Origin: Candidatus Moraniibacteriota bacterium
Lineage (GTDB): Bacteria > Patescibacteriota > Minisyncoccia > Moranbacterales > UBA2206
NCBI GenBank assembly: GCA_030679995.1
Contig: JAUXSK010000018.1
Span: forward strand, 41,828-105,827
Length of the DNA: 64,000 bases
Reading direction: 5' to 3'
In this document: in pieces, positions 28,172-38,324 of the stretch
Position numbering within the stretch: the first letter of the stretch is position 1
Layout of the letters: each line of letters starts with the position of its first letter
Notes under the pieces: model-generated
Databases searched by the model: none
What the model saw: the letters and a program-made list of their open reading frames with translations, nothing else
Told to the model about the DNA's origin: nothing
Program-made: the position numbers and the translations under genes

Positions 28172-29146
28172 TCAAATCTGTTTGTCATCGGAAACTGTCG
28201 TGTTTAATTTCAGGATGAAGTTTATGATGTCCTTGATGACATTCCTGGATTTGCCGTGAGTCGGGTTGTAATGGATATAGATGTCAGGCTTCCCGTTTAT
28301 TTCCAGGATTCCGAATGTCTGAGCGGCAGGATCCTCGGATATATTTTCGCAGATTATGTCGATGCCGGCAAGATAATAGCCGACCGCATCGGCGGCCTTG
28401 ACGCAAATGGAAATAATTTCTTTGTTGATCGAATCCGTGGCATCCCGGGTTTCCCCACCTTCAGCCAGGGAGGAACTTTTTTTGATAGAAACGGCTTCTT
28501 CGGCATCTAGGACGGAATCAAGCGAAAAACCTTGCTCGCGTAAAATTATTTCCAGCGCCCGGTCGATCGGAGTTTTTCGGCGGGTATGCTTCTGTTTTTT
28601 CTGGATGAGGGTGGCTATCGTGGATTTACCATCGCCGATGATTCTCGGCGGAATCATTTCCAGCGCCCCGATAACCTTTTTATCCAGTATGAGGATGCGG
28701 TATTCTTTGCCGAAGATCATTTCCTGGGCGATAAGCGATCTGAAATTCAAAATCTCTTTGATTATGACGGCTTTGGCCTCCTCTGCATTTTTTATGTAAG
28801 GGAAAATACCCTGGCTGTTTGAACCGGCGGAATCTTTGATGATTATGGGGAATTTTAGGTTGTTGAGTTTCTTTTCAACTTCTCCGGGTGTGAAATTTTT
28901 TCTGAAAAAAAAGACCGTAGTCGGCGTGGGAAGCGACTGGCGCCGGAGCAGCGTATAAGTCAGGTCCTTGTACGCCGTTGCGCCAGCGATGCTGATAAAG
29001 TTTTTGGCGATTCTGAATTTTCTTGTGATAAGAAAAGCCTTGCCACCTACGTGGATATAATAACAGCGCCTTTCCGGGATAACTTCTTCGAATGTCCCTC
29101 CCATTTCCTCGACGACTTTCCGGATCAATAAAGTGTTTTTTATCAT
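28172..29146 (-). CDS. ATP-grasp ligase, cyanophycin-synthetase/GshAB-like stand-alone domain
   Basis: FPIIIKDSAGSNSQGI, GKEYRI, PPRIIGDGKSTIATLI insert, SSLAEGG, AGIDII, LEINGKP. Confidence 0.88.
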   Translation of the reverse strand: MIKNTLLIRKVVEEMGGTFEEVIPERRCYYIHVGGKAFLITRKFRIAKNFISIAGATAYKDLTYTLLRRQSLPTPTTVFFFRKNFTPGEVEKKLNNLKFPIIIKDSAGSNSQGIFPYIKNAEEAKAVIIKEILNFRSLIAQEMIFGKEYRILILDKKVIGALEMIPPRIIGDGKSTIATLIQKKQKHTRRKTPIDRALEIILREQGFSLDSVLDAEEAVSIKKSSSLAEGGETRDATDSINKEIISICVKAADAVGYYLAGIDIICENISEDPAAQTFGILEINGKPDIYIHYNPTHGKSRNVIKDIINFILKLNTTVSDDKQI

Positions 29147-30537
29147 TTTTTCACGTCGATTAAAAATTTGTTCAAATTTATCTTCCCGATAATCATCGGA
29201 TATTTCATATGCGATCGGTCGACCAAGGTTATTTTCGTGGGGATGGTTATCGTATCCATAGTGAATTCGATATTGATCATCGGACGGTAGGTGTAGCCAT
29301 TGGATGATTTTACAGGAATGGTGGAAACGATATCCGGAATATCCTTATAAATTTCCCAGCGCTCTTTTTTATCCAATTTCTTCAAATTTTCATAAGGCAT
29401 TTTTAATTTTTCAAATTCATCGATCGTTTTTTCAAAGCCCAGCGTTTTGGCCAGGCTGTCATCGATGGATGACCAGTCGGCGCCCGTGTCGATTTTAGCT
29501 TCCACTTCTATCGTCTTGCCGTCTTTTCCGACCAATTTGATTTTTTCCACGGTGCCGATGACTTTCCGGCCGGAAATTTCCTCGACTTCTTCCTCGATTT
29601 CTCCCCCGAATAGATCCATACCCATCCGCACTCCGCGGGCGATAGTTTTTATTTTGAGGCCGGAAACGCGCCTGAGCCTTTCGGCGAGGCCGGCCAGATT
29701 GGCGACTTGGATGGAAAGTCCCGGGCGGGCATTAAGCTCCAGGATGACTGGGCCGTGATTTTTATCGATAGCCACATCCACGCCTAGGAAGCCCAGATTG
29801 GAAATCTCTTGGGACTTCGAGGCCAGGAGCAGGATATCTTTCCAGTAGGGGATGCGGATGCCGCTGACGGGGAAATTCGTGCCGGGAATTTTTTCAATAA
29901 ATTTATTTTTCCCCTGGATAGCCGTCGTAGTCACTCCGGTGGCCATATCGATTCCGACGCCGACAGCGCCTTGTTGCAGGTTGGCTTTGCCTCCGGATTC
30001 CCGGGTGGGCAGGCGCAACATCGCCATCACTGGGACTTTATTGAAGACGATGACGCGGATATCCGGAATGCCCTTATATGAATAGGGTTTGAATAATTTC
30101 AGAAGCTGCAGGCGCTCTTCAAAAAATGCGATATCCGGCGTGTTGGACAGGGAAAATGAACCGTCCAAAATATTGCGGATGTGGCTGCGCAAATCTTCGA
30201 TAGTGATGAGCGAGCGGTCAGCCTTGACCCATGCGTCATCCCGCCCCTTCTTTTTTCCGTAAACCACGATGATGCCTTCGCCACCAAAACCGCGATTAGG
30301 CTTCAGAGCGAAACTTGAAGGAAGGGATTGCCAATCGAAATTTTCCAAATCTTCGATAGTTTTGATTTTGGCGATCAAGCTCGGCACGGCTATGCCGCTT
30401 TTTTTCAGGACTCGCTTGCTGAGTAACTTGTCGTCAGCCAGCCGTTTGGCCCGAAGCCGATTATACGGGCGAATGAACTCAAGATTTCTTGAGTTCATAC
30501 CGAGAAGCTTTTGGCTGTTTTTGAAAAATTCAAACAT
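29143..30537 (-). CDS. Alpha-L-glutamate-ligase-like ATP-grasp fused to a RimB-like aspartyl protease domain
   Basis: LGMNSRN, DDKLLSK, GIPDIRV, AMLRLPT..SGGKANLQQGA, LELNARPGLSIQVAN; C-terminal AKIDTGADWSSID...DRSHMKYPMIIG. Confidence 0.92.
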   Translation of the reverse strand: MFEFFKNSQKLLGMNSRNLEFIRPYNRLRAKRLADDKLLSKRVLKKSGIAVPSLIAKIKTIEDLENFDWQSLPSSFALKPNRGFGGEGIIVVYGKKKGRDDAWVKADRSLITIEDLRSHIRNILDGSFSLSNTPDIAFFEERLQLLKLFKPYSYKGIPDIRVIVFNKVPVMAMLRLPTRESGGKANLQQGAVGVGIDMATGVTTTAIQGKNKFIEKIPGTNFPVSGIRIPYWKDILLLASKSQEISNLGFLGVDVAIDKNHGPVILELNARPGLSIQVANLAGLAERLRRVSGLKIKTIARGVRMGMDLFGGEIEEEVEEISGRKVIGTVEKIKLVGKDGKTIEVEAKIDTGADWSSIDDSLAKTLGFEKTIDEFEKLKMPYENLKKLDKKERWEIYKDIPDIVSTIPVKSSNGYTYRPMINIEFTMDTITIPTKITLVDRSHMKYPMIIGKINLNKFLIDVKK

Positions 30538-30540
30538 CGG

Positions 30541-31200
30541 CTAGAGTTTTTTAATAATATCTTTGAAACGGATATATTCGCTCACCCGCAATCCGGTCCA
30601 GCGGCCGATCATAACATTAAAGGGTATGGTGAATAGGATGACCCAGGGATAGGCGACCAAGAGTTTTATCAATGCTCCCCAACTGGCGATATAAAAGCCT
30701 GCTACGGAAATGACCAGGGTTTCAAACGCCAAGATGAGCGCGGTCTTATTGCCTTTTTCAATTTGCACGGCGACGAATTTTTCTACCAGCGTGATCATAA
30801 TCAAAATAGGGAAAATTGAAACGGAAGCCAGTCCGGTCCTGCGCAGGTTGCCGCCGAAAACAAGCAACAATAGGATTAAAACGGCAACGACGGTCAACAT
30901 TATGGCGACACGGGGAAGGTAGAGGAGCCGGAAGGGCTTGAGGATGAAGCGCATCAGCATCCCGATGAAAATGACCGCTAAAAAAATCGCCACGCCATAA
31001 CGCAATCCGTTAGTAGCCAGGAAGGCGAAGGTGATGATAAGGGGCGTGTAGATGCCAAAAGCTTTGATACCGACGACTTGGCGCAAGAAAGCGATCAAAG
31101 TCGCGATAATCGGCAACATCAGGATTAAGATGATCGTTTCAAAAGGCACGCCTTCGATAAGGAAAAAACGGATTATGGGGCTGATGTTCAAGTCCATCAA
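30541..31200 (-). CDS. 7TM protein of the transglutaminase/ATP-grasp-associated family
   Basis: LMLPIIATLIAFLRQVVGIKAFGIYTP, LLYLPRVA, FPILIM, GRWTGLRVSEYIRF. Confidence 0.88.
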   Translation of the reverse strand: MMDLNISPIIRFFLIEGVPFETIILILMLPIIATLIAFLRQVVGIKAFGIYTPLIITFAFLATNGLRYGVAIFLAVIFIGMLMRFILKPFRLLYLPRVAIMLTVVAVLILLLLVFGGNLRRTGLASVSIFPILIMITLVEKFVAVQIEKGNKTALILAFETLVISVAGFYIASWGALIKLLVAYPWVILFTIPFNVMIGRWTGLRVSEYIRFKDIIKKL

Positions 31201-31297
31201 GTTTTTAAGTTTTTAAGTTTTTAATTTTTTAAATGATGTTCGGAGAACATCATTGCTGAAATTAAAAATCAAAAATTCGTTTAAAAATTAAAAATTG
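31201..31297. repeat. Heptamer-armed palindromic element
   Basis: GTTTTTAA-type repeats, central hairpin AATGATGTTC-GGA-GAACATCATT (31232-31254), TTAAAAA-type repeats. Confidence 0.65.
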
Positions 31298-31806
31298 TTA
31301 ACTTTCCGGCTGTTTATGTGGCAAATGGCGATCGCTAAGGCGTCAGCCGTATCATCCGGCTTAGGCACGGCTTTCAGGCCTAAAATGCTTTTAACCATCA
31401 GCTGGACCTGCTTCTTTTCCGCTTTGCCGTAGCCTGTGACGGCTTGCTTCACTTGCAGTGGCGTGTAGCTAGCTATCTTGACACCTTTTTGCTCTAGTGT
31501 CAAGAGGATGCCGCCTCTGGATTGCCCGACACTGATGATAGTCTTTTTATTTTTGAAAAAGAATAGCTGTTCCACGGCCGCTTCGCGGGGATGGTATTTT
31601 TCAATGATATTGACAAGATCTTCGGATATCTCAGCCAAGCGGTTTTCCTCTGAATTGTTTTTGGGGGTGGAAATATGCCCGAAAGCCACCGGAACAAGAA
31701 TTCCGGCATTTTCTTCAATAATAGCCCAGCCGACCGTCGCCGTGCCTGGATCTATGCCCAAAACGCGTAACGGATGGCTTATGATTTGTTTTTTAGCTCC
31801 CCCCAT
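31288..31806 (-). CDS. ruvC: Holliday junction resolvase RuvC
   Basis: LGIDPG, AVEQLFF, YTPLQVKQAVTGYGKAEK, PDDTADALA. Confidence 0.98.
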   Translation of the reverse strand: MGGAKKQIISHPLRVLGIDPGTATVGWAIIEENAGILVPVAFGHISTPKNNSEENRLAEISEDLVNIIEKYHPREAAVEQLFFFKNKKTIISVGQSRGGILLTLEQKGVKIASYTPLQVKQAVTGYGKAEKKQVQLMVKSILGLKAVPKPDDTADALAIAICHINSRKVNNF

Positions 31807-31811
31807 TTTTA

Positions 31812-32534
31812 TTATTCCAAGTTATCAAAAATTTCTTGGACATCATCTTGGTCGTCCAAGGTTTCCAAAAGTTTTTCATAATCAAGTTGGTCATCGGCTG
31901 AAAGGGTGGTTTTTTGCAAGGAAATATAGGATAAACCGGCATCCTCTATCTTGAGGCCGGCCTTCTCCAAATTTTCTTGTACGGTTTTCAAATTTTCCGG
32001 TGCCGTATAGACGGTCAAGATGTTGTCCGAGTAGGCGGTGTCTTCCGCTCCGGCATCGATGGCCTTTTCTTCCAATTCGTAGGGATCAGCACCTTCGGCA
32101 AGGGCTAAATTGATGTTGCCGACTTTTTTGAAATTCCACATCACGCTGCCCATTTCGCCAAGCTTTCCGCCGTTTTTAGTGAAGATGCTCTTGATTTCGC
32201 TGACAGTGCGGTTCCTATTGTCGGTGGCGGTCTTGATTAACATCATAACGTTGCCCGGCCCCATACCTTCATAAGTTATCTCGACGATTTCCGTGCCGTC
32301 CTTAAGCTCGCCGGTACCTTTCTTGATAGCGCGCTCGATGTTTTCCCGCGGCATATTATCCAAGCGCGCCCGGTCGATCGTCAGCCGTAATTGGAAATTG
32401 GTTTCCTGGCTGCCGCCTCCATCGCGCGCGGCGATCGTGATCATCGTAGCGTGTTTGGTAAAAACCTTGCCTTTCTTGGCGTCATTCAATCCCTTTTTAT
32501 GTTTTATTCCGGCCCAATGCGAATGTCCTGACAT
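31812..32534 (-). CDS. yebC: YebC/PmpR family protein
   Basis: MSGHSHWAGIKHKK, YEGMGPG, TDNRNRT, DDVQEIFDN. Confidence 0.97.
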   Translation of the reverse strand: MSGHSHWAGIKHKKGLNDAKKGKVFTKHATMITIAARDGGGSQETNFQLRLTIDRARLDNMPRENIERAIKKGTGELKDGTEIVEITYEGMGPGNVMMLIKTATDNRNRTVSEIKSIFTKNGGKLGEMGSVMWNFKKVGNINLALAEGADPYELEEKAIDAGAEDTAYSDNILTVYTAPENLKTVQENLEKAGLKIEDAGLSYISLQKTTLSADDQLDYEKLLETLDDQDDVQEIFDNLE

Positions 32535-32615
32535 ATATTTATCTTAAGATTTAATAGACCGCGAGCGAGACATTTATAATACAATGGTAGCACCCTGAAA
32601 TTTTAATTTCAAGAA

Positions 32616-33359
32616 TCATTGGATTTCCTTACCGTTATTCCAGGCCATTTCAAAAAGCGGACGGATGGAGGCGGCGAGTTCTTCCGATTCGATGACTACG
32701 ATGAAAGGCTTGTCTTCAAGGGAGGTGATGGCAAGCTTGTTTTCGCATAAAGAAAAATCCATATTAAAAGCGAGTATTTCAGGCAAATAGCGCGCTTGCT
32801 GGCCGTTCGCGGAAAGTTGTCTGGCGGCTTGCAATTCAAAGGGGCTGTTCGGAACCAGATGCTTGCCTTTGACTGATATGAGTTTTTTGTGGTAATCATG
32901 CAACCATTTCTCAAGAGAACCTGGAAAATATTTATCGATTTTTTCATAGGAGGATATAAAAAAAGCTTCCGAGGCGAGATTGAAAGATTCATAAACTTTC
33001 CAGATGCCCTCTTTGGTTTCATGGTAGGTTATTTTCGGCCGTTTTGTGCCTTTGTTGTGCAGGGTCCGGAAAATCGGAAGCATTTCGGAAAAATTTTTAG
33101 CGGTGTCTTTGAGTTGGAATAAAATAAGGGAGGGATCCGTAGCCTGGAAGACACTGATTTTTTTCCCGGGCAGTTCGCTGGCATAACCGCGCTTGATCAA
33201 ACCTTCCAAAATCACATAGATAATCGAGCGTTTCAATTTCGTAGCCTTGGCAATTTCCGTGACAGTGCCTTGGCTCAACTCCAAAAGCGCCAAATATACT
33301 TCGGCCTCTTTTTGGGTGAATCCCGTTTGTTCCAATAAATTTAGCAGGCCTTGATCCAT
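32616..33359 (-). CDS. TrmB-family transcriptional regulator
   Basis: GFTQKEAEVYLALL, RSIIYVILEGLIKRG; C-terminal VIESEELA...FEMAW. Confidence 0.88.
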   Translation of the reverse strand: MDQGLLNLLEQTGFTQKEAEVYLALLELSQGTVTEIAKATKLKRSIIYVILEGLIKRGYASELPGKKISVFQATDPSLILFQLKDTAKNFSEMLPIFRTLHNKGTKRPKITYHETKEGIWKVYESFNLASEAFFISSYEKIDKYFPGSLEKWLHDYHKKLISVKGKHLVPNSPFELQAARQLSANGQQARYLPEILAFNMDFSLCENKLAITSLEDKPFIVVIESEELAASIRPLFEMAWNNGKEIQ

Positions 33360-33545
33360 ATAAAGAGCGTAACATAAGGGTATATTTTGTCAATATTTTT
33401 GATAAAAAAATAATAAACTGCCAATTTTAAGCCAAAAATAGGTTAATATTAAAACTAAACCATTGATAAATTAATAATTTTGCATTAACATTAAGCGTTG
33501 TTTTAATGGAAAGTTGTTTAAAAATTAAACACAGAGGACGCAATT

Positions 33546-33764
33546 ATGTCGAAGCTAGAAAAATATCGAAAGTACGTGAATATATTGCCAGTCGTAGCGG
33601 CAGCAATTATAGTCGCGGTATGTTGCAAAAGAATTTGGTTGGACGGATCTAGTCCTATGCCAAGTATCTTGGATGTAGTGGAATTGCTTTTTGCCGGGTG
33701 TTGTTGTATAGGCTGGTTTTATCTTTTGGAAAAACTGAATCCTATTGAAGAGGAAATAAAATGA
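33546..33764 (+). CDS. Small hypothetical membrane protein
   Basis: SD AGAGGA, two TMs, ATGA overlap with next gene. Confidence 0.6.
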   Translation: MSKLEKYRKYVNILPVVAAAIIVAVCCKRIWLDGSSPMPSILDVVELLFAGCCCIGWFYLLEKLNPIEEEIK

Positions 33765-34165
33765 AAAAATTTCTGGCGAGTTTATGGCAGGAAATAGGCA
33801 AGCCAATATTGATTGGAAGTTTAGCACTATTGCTAATCGGAGGCTTGATAACTCATTGTGAGCCGGAAATATCAAAAGAGGAACAAATCAGGCATCAGCT
33901 GAAATATTTTCAAGGCAAGACCTATGACTTGGCGGAAAATGAGCCAGGGGAAAAGTTTTTTTTCCAAGTCGAATTGCAAGAAATTGCGGAGCTTAAGATG
34001 AAACAGATTCTTGTGCGGAGAGCGAGTGATGATATGCTATTTTGCGCCCTAGCTCTGATTGACGCGAAATTCAAAGCGGGCGCGGAAGTAAAATATATGT
34101 TTTTCAGAGGAAGAAAAAACTCTTTCGGTCTTCTTAATGAGTTTGCGGTCGCCATCCCTAAATGA
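33761..34165 (+). CDS. Hypothetical protein with N-terminal TM
   Basis: SD GAGG, coupled to upstream ORF, terminator GGCCCCG...CGGGGCC after it. Confidence 0.65.
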   Translation: MKKFLASLWQEIGKPILIGSLALLLIGGLITHCEPEISKEEQIRHQLKYFQGKTYDLAENEPGEKFFFQVELQEIAELKMKQILVRRASDDMLFCALALIDAKFKAGAEVKYMFFRGRKNSFGLLNEFAVAIPK

Positions 34166-34227
34166 TGGCGAGAGAAGGCTTGTTCAAAAGGCCCCGATCC
34201 TGAAGCAGGAGCGGGGCCGTTGATTTT

Positions 34228-36222
34228 TTATAAGGCCAGGGTGATTTTGTTTAGAAAAGAACTTATTTTTATATTCAGGTTTTCCAGCAATGTGATAGCC
34301 CAGTGTTTGCGCGCGGGAAAATTTTCAAAAGCATAATCGGGTTGCAAGCGCGGGTTTTCCCCGGCGAAGGCTTGGGCGGTGCTGATGTGAAGGCCGAAAT
34401 TGATGAAGGAAAACCTGGTTTTTTGTCTGTTTTCCCAATCGGGCGAAGGCGATGATTGGCCGAGATCCTTCGCGGTTTCCGGAGTGGGAAGAATTTCTTC
34501 TTGGATTTTTTCTTCGACGATTCCAGTCGCCGTATTATTTTCCGCGGGAGTCGCCAAGGGGCTTGGCTCTTTTTCGGCCGGCGTTATGACGGCTGGGATG
34601 TTCCATTTCCAGCCGGACTTGGTTTTTACATAGGTCGCGCCTTCGGCGACGGATTTCTTTTTGTCGCCATAGCTGACGTGCGAAGCGGTTTTACCGTTCG
34701 GATAGCGCAGTTCTATTTTTCCTTTGGTATTCGGCAAAGTGAATTTCGAAACGGCATAGGTGATTTTGGCGGCTTTACCGTCTTTTATGAAAAAATCTTC
34801 CGTAATCGGATGATTGGATAATGTCTTTGTTCCGCTGGCGATGCTCCAATTTTTAAGGTTGATTTTCTTTTTAGTGTTATTTTTAATATTCAAAAATTCC
34901 GCGCCGGTATCGGCTCCGTCCGGATTAGGCGAGAGGCTGATTATTTTGACATCCAGCTTGGGAAATTTTTCCACTTCGATTTTGAAAGTGTCGATTTTGT
35001 CCTCGCTGCCATCAGAAACTTTTAGCGTCACTTTATATTCGCCGGTCTTTTCATATTTGTGGCGGGTTTTTTGCAAATAACTCTTGTGTCCGTCGCCGAA
35101 ATCCCAAGTATATTTCAAATTATCTTTATCTTTATCAGAGCCTTTGGCGGAAAATTCGGCATAAGTATTCACATAAACTTTTTCCGGAACTTCATCTTTG
35201 ACTTGGGGAAAGTTGTTGAAAATATTTTCCGCGCCCGGTGTTAAAAATTTACTCCAGCGCCAATTTTTTCCGTCGAAGTTGTAGGAAATATTTTGTTTAG
35301 CGCTTTTGTAATCGATCGTGGAAATTGTTTTTCCATCCGGGGAATAAAGCGTGACCGATTCCGAACCGGAATTGTTCAGGGCGAACTTGAAATCCTTTTT
35401 ATGAATTACAAGATAGCTTTGTGATTCTAAAGATGTGTTTTTGGGAAAAACATACTTTCCGCTCTTGGAGGCATCATGCAATATCCAGCCGGAAAGATCG
35501 ATTGGCAGTTCTTCCGGATTGTATAATTCGATGAATTCTTCACCGTCGGTTGAGGGATAGGGAAGCAGCTCGTTCAGAGTCAGTTTTTCTGAGTATGCTT
35601 CAGATTCTTCGGGCGGTGAGGTGACCTCCACATCTTGACCGGTAAAATTTTCTATTCCAGGGGTTCCATTATTAACGTAGCTTTCTTGCCAAATATCGTC
35701 GTCTAAATCGAATTCCAAGGTTTTTTTATTTCCATTGGCCCCCATCGTTTTGTCATAAGAAGTGCCAGCCGACCATGTCTTGCAACGATCAAAACTGATT
35801 TTTATTCCAGCCTGTGTATTATTTAGATTTAAGACCGAATCTGATAATGTTCCTGCATAATCAGGATGATCATTTATAAAATCATTTTTATTATCCGCGA
35901 TTATAACATATTCTTTCGAGGCCATATTTAAATCAGAATCAAACGTATGGCAGGTGTTTTTTAATTTTCCGTTAGCATCGCGTTCTTCTTTTTCATCGAT
36001 AAGCCCTAATGAATTTTTCGGAATATTTATTTTCGAACCGGACGCGTTAAAAATTTCAATCCATTCCCTCCCGGTATCGCTGCCATCAAGGTCGTACATT
36101 ATTTCGGTGATAATCAGATCGGCAGAAATTTCATCGGCGGAAAGTTTTTCTGAAAGAATAAAAAACCCTGTCAATAAACAGGGTAAAAAAGCGGCCAGAT
36201 AGATTTTGCGTTTGTTTTTCAC
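34228..36222 (-). CDS. Secreted lamin-tail-domain (x3) + PKD protein
   Basis: IITEIMYD..G.D...EWIEIFN, LNELLPYP...EFIELYN, YTWDFGDG, LSPNPDGAD...EFLNIKN. Confidence 0.88.
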   Translation of the reverse strand: MKNKRKIYLAAFLPCLLTGFFILSEKLSADEISADLIITEIMYDLDGSDTGREWIEIFNASGSKINIPKNSLGLIDEKEERDANGKLKNTCHTFDSDLNMASKEYVIIADNKNDFINDHPDYAGTLSDSVLNLNNTQAGIKISFDRCKTWSAGTSYDKTMGANGNKKTLEFDLDDDIWQESYVNNGTPGIENFTGQDVEVTSPPEESEAYSEKLTLNELLPYPSTDGEEFIELYNPEELPIDLSGWILHDASKSGKYVFPKNTSLESQSYLVIHKKDFKFALNNSGSESVTLYSPDGKTISTIDYKSAKQNISYNFDGKNWRWSKFLTPGAENIFNNFPQVKDEVPEKVYVNTYAEFSAKGSDKDKDNLKYTWDFGDGHKSYLQKTRHKYEKTGEYKVTLKVSDGSEDKIDTFKIEVEKFPKLDVKIISLSPNPDGADTGAEFLNIKNNTKKKINLKNWSIASGTKTLSNHPITEDFFIKDGKAAKITYAVSKFTLPNTKGKIELRYPNGKTASHVSYGDKKKSVAEGATYVKTKSGWKWNIPAVITPAEKEPSPLATPAENNTATGIVEEKIQEEILPTPETAKDLGQSSPSPDWENRQKTRFSFINFGLHISTAQAFAGENPRLQPDYAFENFPARKHWAITLLENLNIKISSFLNKITLAL

Positions 36223-36261
36223 CCGGATTGGTTGTTTTTTTGTTCAAGATCGATAATCGGA

Positions 36262-36864
36262 CTATTTGGCGGTCTTTTTTTCAAGCGCGGTCCTGATCGC
36301 TTCGGCTTCCGTTCTGGCTTTTGCGTCCCCGGTTTGTTTTTCGCTTGATTTTTCCAGATTCATAATGATATTTTTCAAAGCATACGGGTCGGCTACTTTT
36401 TCAAAAAGGAATTTTTCCTGTTCGGCCGCAGTCTGGATTTGGACATCGCCGTAATTAAGGAAAGTCGGAATAATGCCCAGGACCTCGGCGGAAACATCTT
36501 GGATCTTGTCCAGTTCGACTTCGCTGACCTCGCGCGAAAAAAGTCCGCGCTGGGTGATATTGACGATTCTTTTGCTGGTTATGATCCAAACATCGAAATA
36601 GTAATCGATCCAAACCAGGAAAAACATAATCCAGATCAGCATCGCGAAAAGGCTTTCAAAAAAAACAAGCAGTCGCTGATAATCCGCGTCCGCCAGGATG
36701 GGGAAAAGGGCTGGCAAAATAGCATAGCTGCCGAACAATAGCAGGAGCATCGTGAAAATCAAAAATAAATTTTGCAGGATATTGAACCAATGCCGGTGGA
36801 TAACGGTGATCATTTCTTCATCTTCCCGCTTATCGGAAAAATGATATGGATTTGAATTAAGCAT
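36262..36864 (-). CDS. Bacterial PH-domain membrane protein
   Basis: IHRHW, two TMs, WIITSKRIV..QRGLFSR, KIQDV, YGDVQIQTA. Confidence 0.85.
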   Translation of the reverse strand: MLNSNPYHFSDKREDEEMITVIHRHWFNILQNLFLIFTMLLLLFGSYAILPALFPILADADYQRLLVFFESLFAMLIWIMFFLVWIDYYFDVWIITSKRIVNITQRGLFSREVSEVELDKIQDVSAEVLGIIPTFLNYGDVQIQTAAEQEKFLFEKVADPYALKNIIMNLEKSSEKQTGDAKARTEAEAIRTALEKKTAK

Positions 36865-36873
36865 ACGTTTCGG

Positions 36874-37098
36874 TTAGAAGGTTAGTTTATAAAATAATGA
36901 ATTCCAGTCAATCGAGAAAAACAGCAGGAGATTGGAGAACAAAAGTCCGGCAGACACGGCTATGAACAGGAGCAGGACGATGGTTTTTATTTCCGAAGCC
37001 GTGGAATATTTGACCAGATGATATGCGATAAAAAGAGAAGCGAGCGTGTATATGGACACCAGGATCAGATATAGGATCAAGACAAAGAGAGAAAACAT
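36874..37098 (-). CDS. Small two-TM hypothetical protein
   Basis: FIAYHLVKY between two hydrophobic helices; operonic with ruvB. Confidence 0.7.
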   Translation of the reverse strand: MFSLFVLILYLILVSIYTLASLFIAYHLVKYSTASEIKTIVLLLFIAVSAGLLFSNLLLFFSIDWNSLFYKLTF

Positions 37099-37106
37099 CG
37101 TGTTAG

Positions 37107-38150
37107 TCAGATTAATTTGTTAGCGTTTGAATATTTTATGCCCAGGTGGTTGTAGGCGTGCTCGGTCACCATGCGGCCGCGCGGAGTCCTGGTCATAAAG
37201 CCGATTTGCAAGAGATAGGGTTCGTAGACATCCTCGATCGTCTTTATTTCTTCGCTGGTTGCCGCGGCGATCGTGCTCAGGCCGACCGGTCCGCCGTTGA
37301 ATTTTTCGATAATGGTGCGCAAGATGTGGCGGTCGGCCGGTTCCAACCCGATCGGGTCGACGTCGATCATTTCCAGGGCTTCCTGCGCGATGGCGCTGTC
37401 CACGAATGGGTGGTTTTTGATCTGTGAAAAGTCGCGTACGCGTTTCAAAAGCCGGTTGGCGACGCGCGGGGTTTGGCGGGCGCAACTGGCGATTTTGGCT
37501 AGTCCGGTGTCGTGGATATCCACGCCTAGGATCCGGCTGGATCTTTTGATGATATCCTTCACTTCCTCGTTTCCATAGAATTCCAACCGGTAGGTAGCGC
37601 CGAAACGGTTACGCAACGGATTGGTGAGTGATCCAAGTTTGGTCGTGGCGCCGATAAGGGTGAATTTAGGCAGATCCAACTGGATGGTGCGGGCCGAGGG
37701 GCCTTTGCCGATGATGATATCCAATTTGAAATCTTCCATCGCCGGATAGAGGATTTCTTCGATGGATTTATTGAGCCGGTGGATTTCATCGATAAATAGG
37801 ATATCGCCATCTTGCAAATTAGTCAGGATCGAACCGAAATCGCCGACGCGCTCGATGGCCGGGCCGGAAGTGGTCTTAATGTTGACGCCCATTTCTTTGG
37901 CGATGATGTTGGCCAGAGTCGTTTTGCCTAGTCCAGCCGGGCCGTATAGCAGGATGTGTTCGATAGGCTCTTTACGTTTTTTGGCGGCGCGAAGCAGGAA
38001 ATCCAGATTTTTTTTGACTTTCTCCTGGCCGATATATTCGGAAAAACTCTGGGGACGCAAGGTGTTATCCAGATTATTGTCTTCAACGGTTGCTTTCGGC
38101 TGGGTAGCGGAGGCCAGATCATTGAATTGTTCGGATGAATCGACTAACAC
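37107..38150 (-). CDS. ruvB: Holliday junction helicase RuvB
   Basis: [35 protein letters not shown]; start placed at GTG 38150 because the longer N-terminus is repeat-derived (uncertain). Confidence 0.97.
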   Translation of the reverse strand: MLVDSSEQFNDLASATQPKATVEDNNLDNTLRPQSFSEYIGQEKVKKNLDFLLRAAKKRKEPIEHILLYGPAGLGKTTLANIIAKEMGVNIKTTSGPAIERVGDFGSILTNLQDGDILFIDEIHRLNKSIEEILYPAMEDFKLDIIIGKGPSARTIQLDLPKFTLIGATTKLGSLTNPLRNRFGATYRLEFYGNEEVKDIIKRSSRILGVDIHDTGLAKIASCARQTPRVANRLLKRVRDFSQIKNHPFVDSAIAQEALEMIDVDPIGLEPADRHILRTIIEKFNGGPVGLSTIAAATSEEIKTIEDVYEPYLLQIGFMTRTPRGRMVTEHAYNHLGIKYSNANKLI

Positions 38151-38156
38151 AAGTAG

Positions 38157-38263
38157 TTTTAAATTTTCAATTTTAAATTTAAAATGAAATCCCAAATGTT
38201 TAAATTTTTAAACATTCAGCATTTAAAATTGATTTAAAATTTCAAATTTATAAATTTAAAATT
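38157..38263. repeat. Heptamer-armed palindromic element upstream of ruvB
   Basis: TTTAAAT-type units around the core AATGTTTAAA-TT-TTTAAACATT. Confidence 0.7.
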
Positions 38264-38291
38264 ATAGGCTTTAGCCTCATTGTAGCATTGC

Positions 38292-38320
38292 TTGACAAAA
38301 AATAAAAGGTGTGCTAAGAT
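38292..38320 (+). promoter_or_regulatory. Sigma70 promoter
   Basis: TTGACA-17 nt-TAAGAT with TGn extension. Confidence 0.85.
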
Positions 38321-38324
38321 GCCT

